NCBI GenBank assembly: GCA_030648715.1
Contig: JAUSGZ010000014.1
Location: 1,055 to 65,054, forward strand
Length of the DNA: 64,000 nt
DNA from: a bacterium
Lineage (GTDB): Bacteria > Patescibacteriota > Patescibacteriia > Buchananbacterales > GWA2-38-13
Reading direction: 5' to 3'
The notes below the pieces were generated by a model. That model saw only the letters and a list, made by a program, of their open reading frames with translations. It was not told where the DNA came from and made no database searches. This document shows, piece after piece, positions 1 to 8,736 of the stretch (the first letter of the stretch is position 1; the number at the start of each line of letters is the position of its first letter). The position numbers and the translations under genes were made by a program.

Positions 1-304
1 GCCAGGTGATGCGGTACGTGCTGCCACGAACCCACTGCTCACCGCCATTAGGGAAAGTGACGGTAATCGTCGGCGTCGGGGTAGCGGTTGGCGTCGGAGT
101 CGGCGTGGCCGTCGGCGTCGGTGTAGGTGTAGGTGTAGGTGTAGGTGTCGCCGTGGGCGTTGGGGTAGGTGTGCTATTGGTATTCCCGTTCGAGTTTGCC
201 GCCACGACCGAGCCGGCATACACGAACAGACCGAGCGCCACCGTAAAACAGAAAGCGCTCACCAGGAACGCGGTCACCCGCGAAATCGTCTGAGCCTGTT
301 TCAT
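1..304 (-). CDS. Secreted protein with Pro/Thr linker and 'ITVTFPNGGEQW..G..Y.ITW' Ig-like surface domain start (3' end outside window)
   Basis: Manual translation from ATG at 304: MKQAQTISRVTAFLVSAFCFTVALGLFVYAGSVVAA (signal peptide), then NSNGNTNS, a long PT/AT repeat, then ITVTFPNGGEQWVRGSTYRITW. The frame is open to the window edge. The + strand GV-repeat ORF is its antisense shadow. Confidence 0.85.
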   Translation of the reverse strand, partial: MKQAQTISRVTAFLVSAFCFTVALGLFVYAGSVVAANSNGNTNSTPTPTPTATPTPTPTPTPTPTATPTPTPTATPTPTITVTFPNGGEQWVRGSTYRITW

Positions 305-591
305 AACTATCGAAATCCCGGCCCTCATGAGGCGCGGGGTAAATAAGTAAATTTAGGGCGAAATGTGAATACATATTAATTATATCACGACAAGCCATTA
401 TTGGCAAGAGGATAACATAAATATTTTGCTAAAATAAGACAATTTTATTCTCAAAAATAAAATCGCACCAAATTCAGTACTTATAAATATCAATAGAAAT
501 AGATGCTGGGGTGTGTATAAACCCCAATTACGAAAAGTACATTTTGGGAAACAAAAAATCAGCCGCCTGCCACTGCTGAGTTCTTCGCCAC

Positions 592-663
592 TGCGCCCAC
601 GAGGATTCGAACCTCGATCACCGGCTCCGGAGGCCGGTGCTCTATCCATTGAGCTATAGGCGC
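592..663 (-). tRNA. tRNA-Arg(CCG)
   Basis: Reverse complement GCGCCTA TAGCTCAATGGATAGAGC A CCGGC CTCCGGA GCCGG TGAT CGAGG TTCGAAT CCTCG TGGGCGC A forms a full cloverleaf; CCA not encoded. Confidence 0.95.
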
Positions 664-742
664 AAAGGCAAAGAACCGTGCAAAACAACAATATCAATTT
701 CTCTCACCATAAACCCGGCAACTGGCGGGCAGGTATCCATTG

Positions 743-772
743 TCCGCCCCAGGCGGATCCGCCTCGGGCGGA
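743..772. repeat. Double mini-hairpin palindromic repeat TCCGCC-N3-GGCGGA x2 ('SASGG'-type)
   Basis: tccgccccaggcgga tccgcctcgggcgga seen directly. Confidence 0.6.
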
Positions 773-849
773 AGCTACAAGGGGGCGGGGAAAGGTGTGC
801 CGACAAACCGGTCTGGAAAGGGCGCGATGTTCGGAAAAAAAACGGCGGT

Positions 850-1476
850 TCAACGCTTGGGCAGCGACCCCGGTTTGGTGGAACGCTCTCCCAGTAATTT
901 CAACGCCGCGCGGATGACTGCCTCGCTGGAATCGTCGTCGAGCGGGATTTGCACGAGCGCACGCTGCACGTCTTGAGCGGAGAACCCAAGCGCCTGAAGG
1001 GCTTCGCTGGCTTCGGCATGGCCGCTCCGTGCGCCGTGCGCCGCGCCGGAACCGGCGGCCAGTTCTTCCAGCTTGCCGCGCAATCCGGCAACCAATGTCT
1101 CCGCCAGACGCTGGCTGACCCCGGCGTGCTCCACCAGGTATTCCGGCCGGCCGCCGGCCACGGCCTGGCGTAGCTGCAACGGCGTTACGACTTCCATCAC
1201 ATGGAGCGCCGAACGCGGACCGACGCGCTGCACCGTGATAAGCAGCTCGAACATCTGCAACTCGTCGCGGCTGGAAAAACCAAACAGCTCCTGGGCATCC
1301 TCGCGCACCTCCAGATGCGTGTAGAGCTGCAACTGAGCGCCGACCTTGGCCTGCCGCACAAAGGTGCCAGTCACCTCTACGCGGTAGCCGACCGCGCCCA
1401 CCTCCACGACCAGGTGGTTGCCGCGCTTGAGGGGCGGGTGCACATAGGTGACCGTGCCACGCAGCGTTGCGATCAT
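850..1476 (-). CDS. ruvA: Holliday junction branch migration protein RuvA
   Basis: MIATLRG start, 'VGYRV', 'LYTHLEVRED..ELFGF', HhH 'VQRVGPRSA', C-terminal 'EALQALGF'. Confidence 0.95.
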   Translation of the reverse strand: MIATLRGTVTYVHPPLKRGNHLVVEVGAVGYRVEVTGTFVRQAKVGAQLQLYTHLEVREDAQELFGFSSRDELQMFELLITVQRVGPRSALHVMEVVTPLQLRQAVAGGRPEYLVEHAGVSQRLAETLVAGLRGKLEELAAGSGAAHGARSGHAEASEALQALGFSAQDVQRALVQIPLDDDSSEAVIRAALKLLGERSTKPGSLPKR

Positions 1477-1556
1477 AGGTGAAAGCGAATGCCGGCAGAA
1501 TGTCGCCGACGTGCCCCAACGTTAGCAAAAGCAAGCCAATTTGGCAACGGGAAATC

Positions 1557-1585
1557 TTGACAAACGGCGATTTTCCCAGTAGCGT
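1557..1585 (+). promoter_or_regulatory. Putative sigma70 promoter
   Basis: TTGACA-17 bp-TAGCGT upstream of the orphan ORF at 1648. Confidence 0.55.
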
Positions 1586-1647
1586 TGGGGGAAGGTTTTT
1601 CGTACCTCGACAATCCACAATCCCACGCCACGAAAGGAGCGTGTTCC

Positions 1648-2787
1648 ATGTTGACCTTTACGGTTGAGCCGCGCAAAGTTTGGGTGCCTTACGGCGGCAA
1701 AAGCGTCCTGACCCACCCCGTCACCCACCTGCCCAAGAGCATCCTGGTCGCCCAAGGTACGGGCGAATTTTTCCTCCAGTACTGGGAGGAAGGAGAACGG
1801 CGCGGCGATAAGAAGCAACGCCGCTGGAGGAAATACCGCGACGTGTGGTCGCTGCACCGCGGGCTGAAGCTCGCCCGCTACGGCACGATCGTCCGCCGCC
1901 TCCCCACGCTGGAAGAGCTGCGCAGTCTGTGCAGCGGCGCCAACATCACGCTGAGCGCGGGCCGCGTCGCCCCCGAGGCGCTCGCCCAGGTCAAAACCGA
2001 CCTGCTGCGCGTGCTGGACACGCTGCGGCAGCCCCGCACCCACGCCCTCAAGGACGTCGTCGTCCAGATCGAGCTGGTCGTGCCGTTGCGCGACGCCAAG
2101 GGACGTCTGAACACCGGGGCGCTGGCCGCGCGGCTCGTGCCGGTCAAAAACCGGCTGTTCGTGGAGCGCGTCTCCGACATCGCCGAGTGGCTCGGCTACT
2201 ACGCCCACTGGGAACAGGACGTCGCGGTCCTGCTGCAATTGGCCGGGGGCTTTCTCCCGACGCTGGAACGAAGCATCGGCAACGCGGTCAGCCGCCTGGC
2301 CGATATTGCCGACGCCCCGGCGGCACTACTGCCCCTCGCGCGCGAACTTCGGCCGCATGCCGATTTCGTGGAGCAGCTGGTGCCATTCGGCGGCTGGACC
2401 AACTGGGCGCGCGCCTGCAGTGCGGACTTCCGCGCCACCATCAACGCATTGTTCGCCAATGACCGCGACGTCGCGCTGGCGGCCCTGCGACGGCTGGCAA
2501 CGGCAATCCGCCTCAAATGGCTGCAGGCCGACATCTCCGACCTGCTGCTGGAAATCCAGATGGACGCCCTGAACGGCGACTTGCAGGTCGACTGCTACCT
2601 GCGACGCCTGGAGGACCTGCTCTCCCGTCTCGCGACGCTCGATGACGCTCACCTGCGCACGCCGGTGGTTCCCACCCTCGCGGAAAAATTCCGCGCTACC
2701 ATCGCCACCCTGGGTTCGAAAGAACCCGACCGTGCCCGCGTGCGCAAGAGCCGCGACCACCTCCGCGTGGCCGTCGCTGCGCTCTGA
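1648..2787 (+). CDS. Hypothetical protein (predicted alpha-helical, ~379 aa)
   Basis: Long ORF with GC3-biased codons; AAAGGAG SD before ATG 1648; no motif recognised. Confidence 0.8.
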   Translation: MLTFTVEPRKVWVPYGGKSVLTHPVTHLPKSILVAQGTGEFFLQYWEEGERRGDKKQRRWRKYRDVWSLHRGLKLARYGTIVRRLPTLEELRSLCSGANITLSAGRVAPEALAQVKTDLLRVLDTLRQPRTHALKDVVVQIELVVPLRDAKGRLNTGALAARLVPVKNRLFVERVSDIAEWLGYYAHWEQDVAVLLQLAGGFLPTLERSIGNAVSRLADIADAPAALLPLARELRPHADFVEQLVPFGGWTNWARACSADFRATINALFANDRDVALAALRRLATAIRLKWLQADISDLLLEIQMDALNGDLQVDCYLRRLEDLLSRLATLDDAHLRTPVVPTLAEKFRATIATLGSKEPDRARVRKSRDHLRVAVAAL

Positions 2788-2947
2788 ACGCCCCATCTGC
2801 TCTTCACCGCCAACGGCAATCGCCCCCACGATTGCCGCTTTTTTTATTTCCCACCTCCATTCATCCCGCCCGCTTGCGGGGCAATGCTTCATTTCTTCTG
2901 TCCAAAAAGCACGCCAGTTGGCGTGCTTTTCTCTGCGATGGAAAATT

Positions 2948-3940
2948 TTAGCGGCGGCGTTTCGCGGGCTTGCTCGCCTTCGTACGGGTGGCAGCCTTGG
3001 CGCGGCTGACGCGGATGAGCCCGGCGCTGGGAATGATCTCCACGCCGCGGCGTTCCAGCTGGTCCAACATCAGGTTCATGCCGAGGGAATCGGACGACAT
3101 GTGGCCGGCGATGACCACGTTGATGTGGTACTTGGCCGCCTCTTTCTTGCGCTCCTTGTCCATGTGCATGCCGATGATGGTGCCAAACCCGTACTGCGAC
3201 ATCTTCTCGTAGATGCCGACCGCCCCTTCGGTACCGCCGGTGATGTCGGTCAGCACGATCTTGCCCGCCGACGATTCCGGGGTGCCGACCATGATGAACG
3301 GGCCCGACTTGCGCCTAATGGCTTCGCGGTACTCCGGCACGGTTTTGAGTGCGGCAATGATCTCCCCCAGTGTTTCGGGGTTGGCGCGCCGGATGACGCC
3401 ATCCAAAAATTTCGCGGCTTGGTTGTCGGTGCACGTGTGCGTGCACGCAAACCCGATGTCCAGCAACCGGGCGGCATCCACCGTACGGTGGTGGTTGGAC
3501 GCCGACACGCCGTGGGCAACCTCGGTGATGCGCTCGCGCATCAAGGACTCCGCGATGTTGATGGGCATGCCGTAGAGCGCCATCACCTCGGCCTGCAGGT
3601 GCATGACGTCGTGGAGATCGGCCAACCCTTCGCCCGCCGGGTGGTGGGCAATGACCAGGTCGCAGCCCAGTTGTTTGGCAATGATGAGCTCCGACGGGGT
3701 GATATCGATACCCGCGAGCACCTTACGCACGGGACGCCCGTGGTCGAAGAGCACGCGCGAATCCAGATAAGGGTTCACTGTGGCTTCCGGGTCCAGTTCC
3801 CACCGGTCGTTTTCCGGGGTGTGGTCGTACCGCGCCTGGGCGCGGGTGAGCACCTTGTCGACGGACTTTTGGCCGCGCAGGTCAGTCTGCCTGCCCAGCT
3901 GAATGGCCAGCTGGTAGATTTGCTTGATGGTCATTGGCAT
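2948..3940 (-). CDS. NIF3-like (NGG1p-interacting factor) metal-binding protein
   Basis: 'VLAGIDI', 'IAHHP', 'HTCTDN', 'IAGHMSSDSLGMN' metal-ligand motifs. Confidence 0.8.
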   Translation of the reverse strand: MPMTIKQIYQLAIQLGRQTDLRGQKSVDKVLTRAQARYDHTPENDRWELDPEATVNPYLDSRVLFDHGRPVRKVLAGIDITPSELIIAKQLGCDLVIAHHPAGEGLADLHDVMHLQAEVMALYGMPINIAESLMRERITEVAHGVSASNHHRTVDAARLLDIGFACTHTCTDNQAAKFLDGVIRRANPETLGEIIAALKTVPEYREAIRRKSGPFIMVGTPESSAGKIVLTDITGGTEGAVGIYEKMSQYGFGTIIGMHMDKERKKEAAKYHINVVIAGHMSSDSLGMNLMLDQLERRGVEIIPSAGLIRVSRAKAATRTKASKPAKRRR

Positions 3941-3943
3941 AAA

Positions 3944-6913
3944 TTACACTTTGGAGATCCGCAGCAGAATTGCGCGGTCGTTCAGCGTCACCGGCTCTCC
4001 TCCCGTTCCGGTGGTAATCGTGAGGGCATTGGTCTTACGCAGCACCTCGTCGCGGTGCGACGTCAGTACGTCATCGAGTGCGCCGTCGTAGATGACGGCG
4101 ATCCGGTCGGCAACCGTCAGCGCAGCCGCCTTGCGCAGATTGTTGATGCACCGCACTAATTCCCGCGCCAACCCGGCAACCCGCAGCTGGTCGGTCATCG
4201 CGGTGTCCAGCGCCACGGTTGCGCCGGTCCGATACTCTAACACGTTCAATTCTTCTTTGACAATATCCTGCAGTTCCGCCCCGATCGCGGGGCCGGTAAC
4301 GGCGGCCAGCGGCTGGCGCACCTTCAGCCCGGCTGACATCCGCAACGCCAAGCCCTCGGTCACCACGGCCCGAGCTTTGGTCATCGCTTCCAGCGCGACC
4401 GGGTCAACAGACTCCCGCTTCGGCCAGTCTTCCAAATGCACCGAGGCGAGCTTGCCGCCGACTTCCCGGTACACATATTCAGCAAAGAACGGCGTAAACG
4501 GCGCTAAAAGTTTTGCGGTCTGCAGCAGCACATATCCCAGGGTGGCTATCGCCTCGGGGTCGCCGGCTTTGAAACGGTCGCGCGAACGGCGCACATACCA
4601 CGTGGACAGGTCGGTGATGAAGTCGCTCATCGGCCGCGCCGCTTCGATGACCCCGTACTGGGACAGCGCATCGGTGACAGTTCCGTTCAGTTGGGAAAGG
4701 CGAACGAGGATCCACTGGTCCAACACGTGATCCGTTCTCGGGGGAACCACCTGCGCCTTAGGCTTGGGTACATACAGCCGGTAGAACGCCACGACGTTTT
4801 GCAGGATGAGGAATACTTTTTTGACGACCTCGTCGATCTGCTTGAGGTCGAAGTTCTTGGCCTCGCCCGGCTGGTTGATGGTGTAGAGGTACCAACGCAG
4901 CGGGTCGGTGCCGAACTTGTTGATGACATCCCAGGGGTTGACGATGTTGCCCTTGGACTTGGACATCTTGCGGCCGCTGGCGTCGTTGATATGGCCGAGA
5001 CAAATGACATTCTTATAGCTTGGGCCCTTGCCCATGATGGTGGACACGGCCAAGAGCGTATAGAACCACCCGCGCGTCTGGTCAATGGCCTCGCAGATAT
5101 AATCGGCCGGATACTGTGCTCCGAGCTTGTAGCTTGTAGGTGGTAGCTTGTAGGTTTTTTTGGATTTCGTGGTTGATAATTTACCATCGATCAATTCTTC
5201 ATTCTCGAACGGATAATGGTACTGCGCGAACGGCATCGAGCCGGAATCCAGCCACACGTCCATGACTTCCGGCACGCGTCGCATGGTCCCGCCGCACGTT
5301 GCACACGGGAAAGTCACTGCGTCGATGAATGGCCGGTGCAGATCCTTCGGAATTTTCTTGGCCAAATTTTTCAGCTCTGCCACCGACCCCACCACCTGCC
5401 ACGCACCGCAGCCTTGCGGTAATTTTGATTTTTTAATTTTTAATTTTGAATCAATTTTCGAAATTTTAAATTTGAAATTCGAGTTTCCCGTCTGGCAACG
5501 CCAGACGGGCATCGGCGTTCCCCAGTACCGCTCGCGCGAGATCGCCCAGTCTTTGACGCCCGAGAGCCACTCTCCGAACCGCCCCTCCTTAATGTGCGCG
5601 GGCACCCAGGAGATCTGCTCGGCGTTCTTGAGCAGCTCATCTTTCACCTTGGTCATCGCGACGAACCACGAATCCTTGGCGTAGTACAGGAGCGGCGAAT
5701 CGCAGCGCCAGCAGAACGGATAGTCGTGTTCGTAAAGTACGGTCTGCATGAAAGCGCCATTGCGCTTGAGATGGTCGTAGATGAGTTCCTGCGTGTCTTT
5801 GGCCTTCACGTATTTTCCGGCCAAACCGGTAACGCGCGGTAAAAATTTTCCGTCCAGCCCGACGGTATGCTGTTTGGGCAGCCCAACCTGTTCGCCCAGC
5901 CGGTAGTCATCCTCGCCGTACATCACTGCGGTGTGGACAATCCCCGTACCATCGGTTGCCGTCACAAATTCGGCTGGTACGACGGTCCATGCTACGGTCT
6001 TGTCACCGACGTCAACCGCGCCGACAAACAACGGCTGGTAGTGAACACCCACAAGCTGCGTTCCAGGAACGGTTGCCAGTACGCGATGTTCCTGCGCTCC
6101 AAAGACTGCCGGTACCAACGCTTCAGCCAACACATAATGTACACCGCCGACCTCAATACGCACGTACTTTAATTTGGGGTGCACCGCCAGCGCGACGTTG
6201 CCCGGCAGCGTCCACGGGGTCGTGGTCCATGTCAGGATGAAATCGCCCTTCTGCACGAACTGGTTGCCAACGGTGACGCGGCATTTGACGTAGACGGAGT
6301 CTTCCTTGATCTTTCGGTACCCAAGCGCCACTTCATGAGATGACAGGGAAGTGCCACAGCGCGGGCAGTACGGCACTACCTTGTGGCCCTGATACAACAA
6401 CTCGCGCGCGTGCGCCTTCGCAATGACTTTCCACACGCTTTCAATGTAGTCATTCTCATACGTGATGTACGGATGCTTCAGGTCCAGCCAGAACCCGATA
6501 CGCTCGGTCAATTTTTCCCAGTCATCCTTGAACTGCCAGACCAACTCCCGGCACTCCGCGTTGAACTTGGCAATGCCGTACGTTTCAATCTCGGGTTTGG
6601 ACTTCAGGCTCAGCTTTTTTTCCACCTGCAACTCCACCGGCAAGCCGTGAGTGTCCCAGCCGGCCTTTCGTTCCACGTGGTAGCCCTGCATCGTGCGGAA
6701 GCGGACGATGATGTCCTTGAAGACACGTGCCAACACATGGTGCACCCCGGGGGCGGCGTTCGCCGTCGGCGGCCCTTCGTAGAACACAAAATTCCCTTTT
6801 GGCGATTTACGCGCCAAAGTTTTGGAAAAGATTTTTCCCTTCTGCCAGCGGGCAAGGATCATTTCTTCTTCTGCGGGCCAGGAATTTTTTTGCTTTTGTT
6901 CATCCATTGTCAT
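3944..6913 (-). CDS. ileS: Isoleucine--tRNA ligase (type 2-like)
   Basis: 'FYEGPPTANAAPGVHH', 'GWDTHGLPVE', 'WTTTPWTLPGN', 'DWAISRERYWG', 'DQTRGWFY', 'KMSKS'. Confidence 0.97.
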   Translation of the reverse strand: MTMDEQKQKNSWPAEEEMILARWQKGKIFSKTLARKSPKGNFVFYEGPPTANAAPGVHHVLARVFKDIIVRFRTMQGYHVERKAGWDTHGLPVELQVEKKLSLKSKPEIETYGIAKFNAECRELVWQFKDDWEKLTERIGFWLDLKHPYITYENDYIESVWKVIAKAHARELLYQGHKVVPYCPRCGTSLSSHEVALGYRKIKEDSVYVKCRVTVGNQFVQKGDFILTWTTTPWTLPGNVALAVHPKLKYVRIEVGGVHYVLAEALVPAVFGAQEHRVLATVPGTQLVGVHYQPLFVGAVDVGDKTVAWTVVPAEFVTATDGTGIVHTAVMYGEDDYRLGEQVGLPKQHTVGLDGKFLPRVTGLAGKYVKAKDTQELIYDHLKRNGAFMQTVLYEHDYPFCWRCDSPLLYYAKDSWFVAMTKVKDELLKNAEQISWVPAHIKEGRFGEWLSGVKDWAISRERYWGTPMPVWRCQTGNSNFKFKISKIDSKLKIKKSKLPQGCGAWQVVGSVAELKNLAKKIPKDLHRPFIDAVTFPCATCGGTMRRVPEVMDVWLDSGSMPFAQYHYPFENEELIDGKLSTTKSKKTYKLPPTSYKLGAQYPADYICEAIDQTRGWFYTLLAVSTIMGKGPSYKNVICLGHINDASGRKMSKSKGNIVNPWDVINKFGTDPLRWYLYTINQPGEAKNFDLKQIDEVVKKVFLILQNVVAFYRLYVPKPKAQVVPPRTDHVLDQWILVRLSQLNGTVTDALSQYGVIEAARPMSDFITDLSTWYVRRSRDRFKAGDPEAIATLGYVLLQTAKLLAPFTPFFAEYVYREVGGKLASVHLEDWPKRESVDPVALEAMTKARAVVTEGLALRMSAGLKVRQPLAAVTGPAIGAELQDIVKEELNVLEYRTGATVALDTAMTDQLRVAGLARELVRCINNLRKAAALTVADRIAVIYDGALDDVLTSHRDEVLRKTNALTITTGTGGEPVTLNDRAILLRISKV
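5124..5158. repeat. Heptamer tandem repeat (AGCTTGT-like x5) inside ileS
   Basis: AGCTTGT AGCTTGT AGGTGGT AGCTTGT AGGTTTT. Confidence 0.8.
5420..5482. repeat. AT-rich degenerate heptamer repeat inside ileS
   Basis: Minus strand ...TCAAATT TAAAATT ... AAAATTA AAAATTA AAAAATC AAAATTA, nearly GC-free inside a GC-rich gene. Confidence 0.75.
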
Positions 6914-7005
6914 AGGCGTACTATTTGCTTACGTTAGCACCGATTTTGACGCGGCGTCAACCAAAAAACCGCCGTTGGGCGGTTTTCCCGAGCCCGGAAT
7001 GGCGG

Positions 7006-7221
7006 CTATTTCCCCGGATTTTCTTCGTGCTCTTCCCAGGCGATCGCGGCGACCGGGCACATTTCAATGGCATCGGCGATCTTGTCCTTATACTTTTCGT
7101 AGTCTATGCCGTCCATCACGGTCGCCTTGCCTTCGGCATCCACTTTGAATACCTCGGGACAGACTGACTCGCAAGCGGCGGCCCCGATGCACTTGGCGCG
7201 GTCCACGACGGGCTTTTTCAT
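7006..7221 (-). CDS. Ferredoxin (monocluster, probably 3Fe-4S)
   Basis: CIGAAACESVCP ... MCPVAAI. Confidence 0.9.
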   Translation of the reverse strand: MKKPVVDRAKCIGAAACESVCPEVFKVDAEGKATVMDGIDYEKYKDKIADAIEMCPVAAIAWEEHEENPGK

Positions 7222-7255
7222 AATGTAAATATTGTAGGACGGAACCCTGCCCCGG

Positions 7256-7630
7256 TCAAACGTCGCCGCTGACCCACTGTTTTACCTTTTCCACCAAAGC
7301 CTTGGGGGTCACGCTGGTTTTCACGACGAAATCCTTGGCCCCGAGCTTTAACCCCTTTTCGATCTCTTCTTTCTGGCTCAAATTGGAAAAAATGATGACT
7401 GGAATTTTCTTGGTGTCGGGGTCATTTTTGAGGTGCCGCAACGCTTCGTAGCCATCCACTTTTGGCATCAGAATATCCAGCAGGATCAGATCCACGGGGT
7501 TACCCTTGGCCAATAAGTAGCCGGCGTCGCCGTTGACGGCCGTGAACAGCGAAAACCCCGCCTGCTCCAACGCCAACCGGTACAGCTCCAGCAAACTTGG
7601 CTCGTCCTCAACGATAAGGATCTTCTTCAT
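7256..7630 (-). CDS. Single-domain response regulator (REC)
   Basis: 'ILIVEDE', 'LILLDILMPKVDG', 'DFVVK'. Confidence 0.93.
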   Translation of the reverse strand: MKKILIVEDEPSLLELYRLALEQAGFSLFTAVNGDAGYLLAKGNPVDLILLDILMPKVDGYEALRHLKNDPDTKKIPVIIFSNLSQKEEIEKGLKLGAKDFVVKTSVTPKALVEKVKQWVSGDV

Positions 7631-7690
7631 ACTTATTTATAGATGAGTACCTATATACTACGTACACACTTGCTTTGCAGTCAAACTTGA

Positions 7691-8728
7691 CTACGAAAAC
7701 CACTTCAAAAGGCGAATGATGCCCATTTTTGCTGCCTGACGATGTGCCGAGACGTCCTGACGCGAACGTATCTGTTCTCGATGGTCATGATAATATTTAT
7801 ACGCGCGCCAAAGCATTTCCTCGTTCGAGCAGGTTGGCTGCCACTGCAATTCGCGCTTGATCTTTTCAGTATTAAAGGAAAAATCTTCGGCGATCATCCG
7901 ATACTGATACGGACCAAGAGGTGATACGCCAAGGGTATACGCCAGCCGCATCAAAAAAAGCGTCGGCACGCGCGGGAGCGATGTGATCCTCGCTTTCGTT
8001 CCTGCGCGCGAGATGACGGATTGGTACACTTCGCGTAATGATTTCACGCCGTCTGCACCGATATGAAAAGTTGCGGAATGGTGGTACTCCAGTGCCCGTA
8101 GGCAAGCGGCTGCCAAATCCTTGGCGTAGATGAACTGGTACTTATTCTTACCGCCGTCAACCACCCAGACCTTACGGCCCTCGTCAATGAATTCGAATAG
8201 GATCGCCAAAAGCCCAAGCCGTCCCTCATCAATGATGGTTGGGCAGCGAAATGTAATGATGTGAAGATCTCGTTCATACTCGGATAATATTTTTTCTGCT
8301 ACCAGCTTTGACCGACCGTAAATTTCTGCCGGATCCGGAGCATCCTCTTCACGGACCGGCCGGTCAAATGATCTACCCCAGAGGCAATTGGAAGAAATAA
8401 AGATCAACTTGGGCACCCGAAAATCACGGCAGCATTCCGCCACGTTCCTCGTCCCGTCGACATTCGACGTCCACAAAAAATCTCTATCTTTCGCGGCGTG
8501 CGCGAGCACGGCTGCGCAATGGAAAACCGCGGTGTAACCCTCCGGTTGGAATAAACGACGCAGGGAAACGCGGTCGCGGATGTCTCCCTGGATCGGCGTC
8601 AACCGAGGATGCTGCTGCGCATGTGGCACGAGGTCGATGCTATCGCAAGAAAATCCTGATGCCAGGAGATGGTCAATCAAGATCCCGCCGAAAAAACCCG
8701 CTCCTCCAGTTACTAAAATTTTTTTCAT
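7691..8728 (-). CDS. NAD-dependent epimerase/dehydratase (extended SDR)
   Basis: TGGAGFFG and YGRSK motifs. Confidence 0.9.
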   Translation of the reverse strand: MKKILVTGGAGFFGGILIDHLLASGFSCDSIDLVPHAQQHPRLTPIQGDIRDRVSLRRLFQPEGYTAVFHCAAVLAHAAKDRDFLWTSNVDGTRNVAECCRDFRVPKLIFISSNCLWGRSFDRPVREEDAPDPAEIYGRSKLVAEKILSEYERDLHIITFRCPTIIDEGRLGLLAILFEFIDEGRKVWVVDGGKNKYQFIYAKDLAAACLRALEYHHSATFHIGADGVKSLREVYQSVISRAGTKARITSLPRVPTLFLMRLAYTLGVSPLGPYQYRMIAEDFSFNTEKIKRELQWQPTCSNEEMLWRAYKYYHDHREQIRSRQDVSAHRQAAKMGIIRLLKWFS

Positions 8729-8736
8729 ATACCAAG

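Noticed and set aside
6-293. + strand 95-aa Gly/Val-repeat ORF
   Set aside because: Antisense shadow of the PT-linker gene on the - strand.
305-590. Very AT-rich intergenic stretch as a possible replication origin
   Set aside because: No clear DnaA-box cluster or dnaA gene; consistent with a promoter region.
2642-4159. 505-aa + strand ORF, and similar long ORFs (15894-16931 extension, 20235-21677, 38663-39304 extension, 45298-46716, 61322-63496)
   Set aside because: Antisense or overlapping shadows of well-supported genes, expected in GC-rich DNA; no motifs.
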